Source: a virus (taxonomy: Duplodnaviria; Caudoviricetes). From it: DNA of 64,000 nucleotides. The stretch spans positions 21,248 to 85,247 of IMG/VR virus record IMGVR_UViG_3300014204_000153; one strand, written 5' to 3'. Each line of letters opens with the position of its first letter. Position 1 is the stretch's first letter. The notes beneath the pieces are model-generated. The model ran no database searches. It saw nothing but the letters and a program-made list of their open reading frames with translations, and was not told where the DNA came from. Made by a program: the position numbers and the translations under genes. This document shows, one piece after another, positions 48,805 to 57,079 of this stretch.

Positions 48805-49149
48805 TTAGATAACATCAACCCAAGTAATATTTTCATTTGCTATTTTAAGTTCAGGATGATTCTTCATGAATTCATGAAGATCTTCCTTAACTGATGAGGT
48901 ATTCATCCAGAAAGAGAATAATTCAATTGGAGAAATAAGCTTCTTGCATGAAAATCTTGTAATACCGCCGGTGTTCCATACAATGCATTTCCATTCAGTT
49001 GATTCTGTAACAAGAACTTTCTTATCTGCTGACCACTGAAAAGTGTTCACCAACATATCAGTAATAATCCTGAGTCTAAGTTCTTCATGATTTTGATGAT
49101 TACTGTTGATGTCGATATGTTTCCCGTTGAAAGTTCTGAAAGTAATCAT
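48805..49149 (-). CDS. Hypothetical early protein
   Basis: GGAG RBS after promoter copy 12. Confidence 0.7.
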   Translation of the reverse strand: MITFRTFNGKHIDINSNHQNHEELRLRIITDMLVNTFQWSADKKVLVTESTEWKCIVWNTGGITRFSCKKLISPIELFSFWMNTSSVKEDLHEFMKNHPELKIANENITWVDVI

Positions 49150-49174
49150 TCTTGATCTCCTTTGTTTAAGTTTT

Positions 49175-49233
49175 GTTTCAATTTCAATGTATTAAATATA
49201 AACAATAGAAGTCAGAATGTCAACTACTTTTTA
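49175..49233 (-). promoter_or_regulatory. Early promoter, copy 12
   Basis: TGTCAA 49218-49223, AATATA 49195-49200. Confidence 0.9.
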
Positions 49234-49237
49234 AAAA

Positions 49238-50932
49238 TTGGTGAAAAAATTGGCTAAAGAAGATGTAATTTATACACCAGTTGGATATTCATTCCTTGGT
49301 CAGGATGGAATAAAGCCACCTGGTACTAAGATAAAATACACTGAAGCGATGCTTCGTGAATATATGAAGTGTGCTGAAGATCCGGTATACTTTATAGAGA
49401 ACTATTATTTTATAGTAGATCTCGACAAAGGACTTACTAATATTACTTTAATAGATTATCAAGTTGACCTTGTTCAGCATATGCATGATAATAGATTCTC
49501 AGTCGTATTAGCATCAAGACAGGTTGGAAAAACTATTATCACAGTTGGATATTTACTATGGTATCTATTGTTCAACTCATACAAAGAAATAGCCGTTCTG
49601 TCTAAGACTGGGCCCGATGCAAGTGATATCATGAGAAAGCTTAAAAGAGCTTTCGTTCAAGTTCCAGAGTGGCTGCAACAAAATGTAACAGAATGGAATA
49701 TGGGAAGTGTATCATTAGAAAATGGAAATAAAATTTATGCTAGATGTACTACAGAAGATGCTGGTAGATCTGCATCTGCTAATATTTTGTTCTTGGATGA
49801 GTTTGCTTTTGTTCCTCAAAATATAGCGAATCAGTTTTATAAATCAGCTTATCCTATCATATCTAACTCTAAAGAATCTAAAGTTATAATCTGCTCTACT
49901 CCTAATGGATATAATCATTTTTACACCATTTATCAAAGAGCAGTTAGAGGAGATAACTTCTATAAGCCATTTGTTATTTACTGGTGGCAATTTCCAGGAA
50001 GAGATGAAGAATGGAAAAAACAGACTATTGCTAATTTAGCTACTGAAGAAGGAATGAGTAATTCTGATGGAGAAGCTAAGTTCGCTCAAGAATATGATCT
50101 TAACTTTGATAATACTTCAGTCAGAGCTTTACTAAGTTCAGAATCTCAGAGGAGAATCTCAGATAGATTAATTAGTGTAACCGAAATAGAGAATCATCCT
50201 CTTTCTAAAATTGGTGTAAGAATATATGAGGATTACCAAGAAGGGTATGTTTACTTTGCATGTGTTGATACTGGAGGTGGAGCAGGAGCAGATTATCACG
50301 CATTAAATATTATCAAAGTAGAACCTGGAAAGTTTAAACAAGTAGCAGTATTTTATGATAATGAAATTTCTACAGTTGAATATGCTGAAGTTGTAGATGC
50401 TGTATCTAAACATTATGGAAAAGCATATCAGCTTGTAGAAAATAATGGAGTAGGACTTAGCGTCGTAGATCATCTATGGTATACTCTTGAATCTCCATCT
50501 ATGATTATATTAGATAAGAAAAATCTTGGAGTAAGAATGACTAAGATGCTAAGAAATAAGGGTATAGCAAAAATAAAAGATTATATTGAAACTGGAGTTT
50601 TAGAAATAAACGATGTTGATACATTAAGAGAACTTTCATTCTTTACTCAAAATGCTAAATCTAAAAAGTTTCAAGCTGAAGCAGGAAATAATGATGATTT
50701 AGTTATGAGTCTTGTTATGTTCGGGTATTTCTCAAATGATATGTCTTTTGATAGTTTTTTGGAAGACAAGTCTAAAGGTGGACTCGACGCTATCAGAAAA
50801 AATATGAGAGAAAAAATATCAGAAGACAATCCATTTGCTATAGACCATTCTGCAATACTTGATGAAAAAGAAGCAGCAAAATTAGTAGCTGCTATGAATC
50901 TAGCTAATCTTATATCACCAATATATAGATGA
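49238..50932 (+). CDS. gp17: Terminase large subunit
   Basis: ASRQVGKT, LFLDEFAF, STPNG.NHF, DTGGG.G.DY, DDLVMSL. Confidence 0.96.
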   Translation: MVKKLAKEDVIYTPVGYSFLGQDGIKPPGTKIKYTEAMLREYMKCAEDPVYFIENYYFIVDLDKGLTNITLIDYQVDLVQHMHDNRFSVVLASRQVGKTIITVGYLLWYLLFNSYKEIAVLSKTGPDASDIMRKLKRAFVQVPEWLQQNVTEWNMGSVSLENGNKIYARCTTEDAGRSASANILFLDEFAFVPQNIANQFYKSAYPIISNSKESKVIICSTPNGYNHFYTIYQRAVRGDNFYKPFVIYWWQFPGRDEEWKKQTIANLATEEGMSNSDGEAKFAQEYDLNFDNTSVRALLSSESQRRISDRLISVTEIENHPLSKIGVRIYEDYQEGYVYFACVDTGGGAGADYHALNIIKVEPGKFKQVAVFYDNEISTVEYAEVVDAVSKHYGKAYQLVENNGVGLSVVDHLWYTLESPSMIILDKKNLGVRMTKMLRNKGIAKIKDYIETGVLEINDVDTLRELSFFTQNAKSKKFQAEAGNNDDLVMSLVMFGYFSNDMSFDSFLEDKSKGGLDAIRKNMREKISEDNPFAIDHSAILDEKEAAKLVAAMNLANLISPIYR

Positions 50933-50948
50933 TGCAAACAATGGGTTT

Positions 50949-50956
50949 TATAAATA
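50949..50956 (+). promoter_or_regulatory. Late promoter TATAAATA
   Basis: Exact motif upstream of sheath 1. Confidence 0.75.
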
Positions 50957-51013
50957 CTACTATATAACAATGGTCTGATTGCGTTGTCTTCTATAAAGAG
51001 AAAAGGAAAAAAA

Positions 51014-52969
51014 ATGGCAAAAGACACTTATCCTTCTGTTAAATTTTCTGAGACTGATCTGACTAATGTAATCAGATCTCAGTTCAGTAATATCGGTGGT
51101 ATGGTTGGACGATTCCAAATGGGTCCGGTTAATAGACCTGTTATCGTCTCAGATAAGACTGAACTTATAGAATCGTTTGGTCTTCCGGTAAGTACAGGAA
51201 CTTCTATAGACAATCTTCAAGATTGGTACAATGCTGCAAATTATCTTGGATATTCTTCTGGATTATTTGTTTGCAGAGTAGAACCAGTTACGTCAAGAAA
51301 TGCTGGAATGAACTTTACAGGTTCAGCTACAGCGTTTGCTTCTGTATCTGGTGGAACTTCTGTGTACGTGCCTGATGGTTATGATATGGATCTTTACTAC
51401 GCTACAATGAGCGGCACTGGTTATTGTGGTCTAAACTTAGTATCTAAAAATCCTGGTACCTGGGGCAATGATATTTCAGTAAAGTTTGCTACTGAAGAAG
51501 ACATGAGATTTGATCTTACTACTTCTTACTGGGATAAGTACTATTACGACTATACGGTAGCACTTACTCTTTCAAGTCCTCTTAGTGGACTAACTGCCCT
51601 TGGAACATCTGCTCAATACGTTACTAATTCAGCAAGTCAGACCGGTTTTGTAACGACTGTAGCGGGTGGTGGTACTTCCTTGGTTGTAGCTTATAATTCT
51701 GGTTCGTTTGGTTCGGGTGTAAGTATAAACGTCGGAGCTACATACGCTGCTGCTGGTGCTGTTACTACTTCAGCTGTCGGGACTCCAATTAATTATGGTT
51801 ACAATACTTTCAGTAAGCTGTTCGACGTTCAATCTGGAACCAATGAAATAGCAGTCGCTGTGTATTATAAGAATGTTCTGAAGGAAACTCATATTGTTTC
51901 CATTCTTCCAACTGCTGTCAACGAATATCAGCAACTTAAGTATGTTGACGATTGGATGACTGCTAATTCTGGTTATATTTCAGCATATTATAATACCACG
52001 AAGAGCTTTAATCTTGCTCCTCAAGCTGCTACTGCTGTAAGTCTTCTCGGCGGAACTCTTGCGGATCAAAGTTATGTTACTGCTGCTCTTGGTGTTAATG
52101 GAGCAGACGTATTCGCAGATAAAGATAATTATCCAGTATCGGTTCTATTCGACGGTGGATTTGCTTGGAGTTCTACTGTTCAGAATGAACTTATATCTGT
52201 TGCTGAAGCAAGAAAAGATTGCTTTGTGGTAACCTCAGTTGGTTCCACAATGCCAACAGCTTCAGAAACAGCGGCAATGAATACTGCAACAACTGGTCTT
52301 GTAGCTAGAAGGGCCGCTCTTACTTCATCTACATATGCTGGGTTCTGGGGAAATTTCAAGTGGCAGAAAAATGTATATACCGGTAAGCTCTTCAAATGCT
52401 CACTTTCTGGTGATATTGCTGGTATTATATCCAGAAATGATATTCTATCTGCTCCGTGGTATGCTCCTGCTGGTTATAGCCGAGGTGGAATCCAGTTGGT
52501 TGAGAAACTTGGAGTTAATTTCTCCAAGACCAATCAAGGTCTTCAGCATGTTAAGCAGATAAACAATGTTATCTATGATCAAAGAGAAGGTGGTTATTAC
52601 CTCTTATCACAGAAGACGGCAATTGGTAGACCGAGTGCATTCAGTGATATAAATGTTAGAAAGTTATTCATCTATGTAGAGAACGCTGTGCTTAACTCTG
52701 CTAAAGCGTTCATGTGGGAATTCAACGATGTTATAACCAGATCGAACTTCTCAGCCATAGTTACCAACTTCTTAAGTACTATAAAATCAGGAAGAGGCAT
52801 CTATGACTTCAGAGTAGTTTGTGATGATACTAATAACACCGCTGATATCATAGATACAAATCAGATGATTTGTGACGTGTATATCAAGCCCGCTAGGTCA
52901 ATCGCTTGGATCACAGCTAGGTTCACCGCTGTGCGCACGGACGCATCGTTTGATGAGCTGGCTGGATAA
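51014..52969 (+). CDS. gp18: Tail sheath protein, copy 1
   Basis: P.V.FSE.D, GPVN.P, PGTWGN, ARKDC, WYAPAG..RG, INVRKLF, FEFND..TR, F.VVCD.TNNT. Confidence 0.95.
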   Translation: MAKDTYPSVKFSETDLTNVIRSQFSNIGGMVGRFQMGPVNRPVIVSDKTELIESFGLPVSTGTSIDNLQDWYNAANYLGYSSGLFVCRVEPVTSRNAGMNFTGSATAFASVSGGTSVYVPDGYDMDLYYATMSGTGYCGLNLVSKNPGTWGNDISVKFATEEDMRFDLTTSYWDKYYYDYTVALTLSSPLSGLTALGTSAQYVTNSASQTGFVTTVAGGGTSLVVAYNSGSFGSGVSINVGATYAAAGAVTTSAVGTPINYGYNTFSKLFDVQSGTNEIAVAVYYKNVLKETHIVSILPTAVNEYQQLKYVDDWMTANSGYISAYYNTTKSFNLAPQAATAVSLLGGTLADQSYVTAALGVNGADVFADKDNYPVSVLFDGGFAWSSTVQNELISVAEARKDCFVVTSVGSTMPTASETAAMNTATTGLVARRAALTSSTYAGFWGNFKWQKNVYTGKLFKCSLSGDIAGIISRNDILSAPWYAPAGYSRGGIQLVEKLGVNFSKTNQGLQHVKQINNVIYDQREGGYYLLSQKTAIGRPSAFSDINVRKLFIYVENAVLNSAKAFMWEFNDVITRSNFSAIVTNFLSTIKSGRGIYDFRVVCDDTNNTADIIDTNQMICDVYIKPARSIAWITARFTAVRTDASFDELAG

Positions 52970-52978
52970 AATCTAAAC

Positions 52979-53015
52979 CATGAAGCATGGTATATTAAAT
53001 ATACCATGCTTCATG
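52979..53015. terminator. Long perfect hairpin after sheath 1
   Basis: CATGAAGCATGGTATAT/ATATACCATGCTTCATG. Confidence 0.75.
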
Positions 53016-53031
53016 TAAATTGGAGATATAA

Positions 53032-53240
53032 ATGGACTTCGGAAAAAAGAAAAATAAAAAGTTAATTCTTAATATTATAAATAATTCTATTACTTCATCT
53101 TCAGTAAACAAAATAAATATTGTTAATATTTTAGAAAAGTTGCTAAAGATTTAAAAAGTGGAATAGTAACTATGGATAGTGATGGAAATATTATAGATGA
53201 TTTTGGAAATCATCTCGGTAAAGCAACTATCATTTTATAG
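53032..53240 (+). pseudogene. Frameshifted small gene
   Basis: Frame ends …ILEKLLKI*; the -1 frame continues KVAKDLKSG…DGNIIDDFGNHLGKATIIL*, resembling the C-terminus of 54413-54982. Confidence 0.4.
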
Positions 53241-53257
53241 TACAAGGGAATAAAAAG

Positions 53258-53503
53258 ATGAAATTTAAAGATATAAATGAAAAACATAATAGCTTAATAA
53301 CTAAATCAAATGGCAAGCCTATTAATTTAATAGAATATGCAAAACGTGGTGATTGGTGGTATATGCGCCGTCATGATAGAAAACCACTTGGATTCAGAAA
53401 GACTATTTACACATCACATACTAGCCCAGGTGCCTTACTTGATGTTGTTCAATCTTCTTTACCAAATCATATACATACTATAAATTATCAAGAGTCAGAT
53501 TAA
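53258..53503 (+). CDS. MKF-leader protein
   Basis: MKFKDINE leader. Confidence 0.7.
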   Translation: MKFKDINEKHNSLITKSNGKPINLIEYAKRGDWWYMRRHDRKPLGFRKTIYTSHTSPGALLDVVQSSLPNHIHTINYQESD

Positions 53504-53532
53504 TTTAAAGCACTAAAAATAAATGATAAAAG

Positions 53533-53712
53533 ATGAAATTCAGAGATATGTTATTAACTGAGTCTGATGATAAAAGTGTAACTATAAAATTTCAACAAGG
53601 TATGAAAAGTACATGGAAAGCTAAGACATTTAAAAATCAAGCCGCTCTTGAAAAATGGATGGATAAACATTCGGATGATATTAGCAATATTAGTTACTCT
53701 TATTCAAATTAA
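53533..53712 (+). CDS. MKF-leader protein (59 aa, not in the ORF track)
   Basis: MKFRDMLLTESDDKSVTIKFQQGMKSTWKAKTFKNQAALEKW…. Confidence 0.65.
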   Translation: MKFRDMLLTESDDKSVTIKFQQGMKSTWKAKTFKNQAALEKWMDKHSDDISNISYSYSN

Positions 53713-53730
53713 CATAAAGGAAATGAAACA

Positions 53731-54084
53731 ATGAAATTCTCTAAATTAAACGAAGTAAAGCTAGAAGATACAAAAATTGATGGAAAAAACAAAAGTTTAA
53801 GAAAATCTCAGGAAAATGATCATGATGAATGGCAACATGGTATATTTCAAGCAATGAGTAGAATAGTACAGCCTACAAATAGATTGAGAATAATTAATCA
53901 ATTCGATACAATTGAAAAACTAGAAAATCTTATTCCTTCTGAATATTCTAGTATAAGATCTAAAATTGCTTCATTAGCTTCAAAGCAACGTCAGATAAAC
54001 AATATAAAAAGACAAGCTAGAATAGAAGCTCAATTAATAATTGATGAACTTAAAAGTAAAAGTAAAAAAGAAGTTAAAATATAA
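53731..54084 (+). CDS. MKF-leader helical protein
   Basis: MKFSKLNE leader. Confidence 0.7.
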   Translation: MKFSKLNEVKLEDTKIDGKNKSLRKSQENDHDEWQHGIFQAMSRIVQPTNRLRIINQFDTIEKLENLIPSEYSSIRSKIASLASKQRQINNIKRQARIEAQLIIDELKSKSKKEVKI

Positions 54085-54098
54085 AACTTTGTAAAATA

Positions 54099-54130
54099 GA
54101 AAATGGAGGAACTTAAGTTCCTCCATTTTC
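54099..54130. terminator. Bidirectional terminator
   Basis: GAAAATGGAGGAAC/GTTCCTCCATTTTC between convergent genes. Confidence 0.85.
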
Positions 54131-54283
54131 TTCAGTGGTGATAATAAGATTTATATAGATCAATGATATAAATCTTTACCGCATTACTCCTTTGCACAAA
54201 GAGCAGTGTTACTTTAATCCCGCCCCATTTCTCAGCCGAAGCTCCGTGAGTAGCCGGGGAAAGTTATTACACAACACTGAAGT
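54130..54283 (-). ncRNA. Candidate multi-stem structured RNA
   Basis: Closing CTTCAGTG/CACTGAAG, 11-bp AT hairpin, CTTTG/CAAAG stem, CCCC/GGGG stem; C(UUCG)G tetraloop on the minus strand. Confidence 0.55.
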
Positions 54284-54412
54284 AAATCGACTATAATTTT
54301 TGTTTTTCTCTATAATTTTTAAAAATTACAAACTGGGACCGTCTCTTCGCCTAATCATTTTATTCTCCTAATGTTTTATCCAATTTAATTTTTGTTTTTT
54401 AACGACAGTAAA

Positions 54413-54942
54413 TCAATTCTTCATCTCGAAAATACCGATAATATTTCCCAGATCATCTTCAATTTTACCATAAAAGTCATCATATTTTTCAATGCGAAGA
54501 GCAACAGCTCTAATAGCATTAGCAATGGCAACTCTATCAACGCCTTTATGAATGGTTCCATTCATCCTCATGGTGTTTATCTTTGTAGTAAATGCAAGTG
54601 TAAAACTGTTCGCAGGTTTAAGAATATCGACGAGATCTGAGTATGCATTATAAACTTCATGAAGTCCGCTTGCATGGCCAGCATCCCAAGCTTTCTTATA
54701 AAGCTCTTCAGCCATCGGATGATTCTCAAGTCCGAACTCTTCCTCAAGATCAGACCGAAAAAGCTTATCTTTCTCAGCAAACGCAGTATATTTTGCATCG
54801 AAAAAATTCAACATAATATCGCGATATTTCTTAGGATTTGTCTTTTTCAGTTTACCATCTGGCAGAATGGGCAAGATTTTCGGGTCAGGGTCGTAGTATC
54901 CATCTTTGATCTTGTCATATACAGATTTTGTAGCTTCCATTG
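54413..54942 (-). CDS. Hypothetical early protein (start MEATK)
   Basis: GAGGAG RBS after promoter copy 13. Confidence 0.7.
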
Positions 54943-54969
54943 CATTCTCCTCGTTTAAGTTGTTTGTCT

Positions 54970-55028
54970 GTTTCAATTTCAATAGTAATAATATAAATCA
55001 TTGGTAGTTAAATGTCAACTACTTTTTT
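54970..55028 (-). promoter_or_regulatory. Early promoter, copy 13
   Basis: TGTCAA 55013-55018, AATATA 54990-54995. Confidence 0.9.
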
Positions 55029-55031
55029 CAA

Positions 55032-55409
55032 TTACCACCATAAATCTAGATAATATTTTTTGAATAATTCCAAGCCATTTTCCTTCTTTTCCCAACATGT
55101 ATGAAAGTAACTATCGTACTTATTATACTCTTCCACATCAAGCCCAATTTCTTCAGCGACATTACCCTTCTTGTCCGAGAACTCGTATATCTCAAGTCCG
55201 AACGCGAACAACATTTTATTGATAATGTCATCCCATTCATTAAAGTTCATACCAACAGGTGTAGAATTTTTTATGGCTTTGAACCGTTTCAATCGCGGAT
55301 ATATAAACTCTGCAATGGTGGTATTCAGACTCCATGTGTCGGAGTCATCCCAACCACGAACCAGTCGCTGAAAGAAGAATCTTATTTGGCGAGGTATCTG
55401 CATCATCAT
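55032..55409 (-). CDS. Hypothetical phage protein
   Basis: FQRLVRGWDDSDTWSL … GLELF.KYY.DLW. Confidence 0.7.
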   Translation of the reverse strand: MMMQIPRQIRFFFQRLVRGWDDSDTWSLNTTIAEFIYPRLKRFKAIKNSTPVGMNFNEWDDIINKMLFAFGLEIYEFSDKKGNVAEEIGLDVEEYNKYDSYFHTCWEKKENGLELFKKYYLDLWW

Positions 55410-55442
55410 CTCCTTTATTAATTCATGTTCACCTACGAACGC

Positions 55443-56087
55443 TTAAAGTTTCACTGTTTTTGACTGATAGGTGCTGTCATAAGCGTGCGGACCTACATTT
55501 AAAAGCGCACGAAGACGAGTGATCTCATTCATAACCTTTGATACTGAAATGGCAAGAGACATTCGTAGTTCATCTGAATCACGCTCCAGTGTTCTAACAG
55601 CTAAACCACCTTCAGCGATTCTATCAAGATTGGCTGATATTTCAGCTTTGAAGCTAGCAACCTCAGCCTTGAGAGAGTTAATTTCTCCACCCAAATCAAG
55701 TACTTTAAACTCGAAGTTTTGAATAACTGAATGCATACCATCAACTTGCTTACTCCAATCATTATTGATTCTAGTAATCTCACTACCCCGTGCATCAAGT
55801 TCTTTGCGAGTCGTGTCGAACAAGTCATTATAAACTTTTTTCAGTTTTTCAATTTCCTCATCCAGCTCATTGATGACTTTCTGGTAATTTGCTGACATTT
55901 CATTTGCTAAAGTTTCACTATTGGAACGCCATCGTTCTTCATTATTCGCCCGCTCAGTTTCAGTGATGAGTTGATGTTCAAGCTGTTTAATTCTTTTATC
56001 CTGCTCATCAAAAGCTGATGAAATTATAGTCGTTGTCTCATCAATTACATCAGATTGCGACTTTCGAAATGGTGAAAACATTGTCAT
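55443..56087 (-). CDS. Coiled-coil protein
   Basis: Long heptad pattern. Confidence 0.7.
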   Translation of the reverse strand: MTMFSPFRKSQSDVIDETTTIISSAFDEQDKRIKQLEHQLITETERANNEERWRSNSETLANEMSANYQKVINELDEEIEKLKKVYNDLFDTTRKELDARGSEITRINNDWSKQVDGMHSVIQNFEFKVLDLGGEINSLKAEVASFKAEISANLDRIAEGGLAVRTLERDSDELRMSLAISVSKVMNEITRLRALLNVGPHAYDSTYQSKTVKL

Positions 56088-56281
56088 TCTCCTTTATTAC
56101 AGCCGTTGATTTCTCGCGTTCCGCACAGCCATTCCGGTTTGTGCTTTGGGTCACGCGTCTGATAGCCAGATCCAGGTGTGAAGACACCTGGATCTGGACG
56201 AGGCCAGTAACATGATCTAGATGGACAATCTGTATCTGACACATCCACAAGAACTTTGAATTTTTTATCACGAATTTTCAT
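56084..56281 (-). CDS. Small Cys-containing protein
   Basis: Overlaps its neighbours in operon fashion. Confidence 0.55.
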   Translation of the reverse strand: MKIRDKKFKVLVDVSDTDCPSRSCYWPRPDPGVFTPGSGYQTRDPKHKPEWLCGTREINGCNKGE

Positions 56282-56828
56282 TTTTAATCATTTTTCTTGG
56301 TCTTTGAATTTTTTCATGACTGCTCATAAGATTACGAATTCTGATGATATCTTCATAACTCATTTCTTTCTTTTTACTTCTTTTAACATTTGAATCATTT
56401 TCAGCTCTTTGTTCTGTACCTATTTCATTTCGACGTATAAAAGCAATATGAAGATTTTTCTTTATTGAAGCAAGTTCTTTTCTGTATTCTTCGATGTAAA
56501 ACTCAGATAGACTATCAATCTCTACTTTCTGAGCTCTTGTAAGTTCAACACCAACCATACATCTTTTTTTACCTCTATAATAACTGATACTTTCAGCATC
56601 AAGAACCATATGACATACACTGAAATATATCTTGATTTCAGGTATACATTTGAACTTGAACCAATATACTGTCTTTGCTTCTTCCTCGAGAAGCTCTTCT
56701 GGAGATATATCATATTTATCTAAAAGTTTGGCCAAAGCAAACTCAGCAGCTTCTCTCTCACCAGGACTACCGTTCTCAACTAAAGCTTGAACCTTTTTCA
56801 ATCTTGATACTACAGTCTCGCGAACCAT
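56268..56828 (-). CDS. DUF2786-like protein
   Basis: SRLKKVQALVENGSPGEREAA..ALAKLL..Y N-terminus. Confidence 0.65.
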   Translation of the reverse strand: MVRETVVSRLKKVQALVENGSPGEREAAEFALAKLLDKYDISPEELLEEEAKTVYWFKFKCIPEIKIYFSVCHMVLDAESISYYRGKKRCMVGVELTRAQKVEIDSLSEFYIEEYRKELASIKKNLHIAFIRRNEIGTEQRAENDSNVKRSKKKEMSYEDIIRIRNLMSSHEKIQRPRKMIKNENS

Positions 56829-56851
56829 TGTATTCTCCTCTAGTTGTTTGT

Positions 56852-56908
56852 TGCAATTTCAATAGTAATAATATAAACAATGGAATTCCCAATGTCAACT
56901 ACTTTTTT
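56852..56908 (-). promoter_or_regulatory. Early promoter, copy 14
   Basis: TGTCAA 56893-56898, AATATA 56870-56875. Confidence 0.9.
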
Positions 56909-56927
56909 TGGTAGAATCTTCCGATTT

Positions 56928-56935
56928 TATAAATA
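56928..56935 (+). promoter_or_regulatory. Late promoter TATAAATA
   Basis: Exact motif upstream of sheath 2. Confidence 0.75.
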
Positions 56936-57079
56936 CATATAGGATTCTGAAACCGACTAATTCTTAAAAGGAGAAAAAAGCTAAATGGTAAAGAGATTTA
57001 GGATAAAAGATGAAGCATTAAAAAGATATTGGCAGAAGAAACGAGAAGATAACATAAATAATATAAAGGAGAAAGATTA

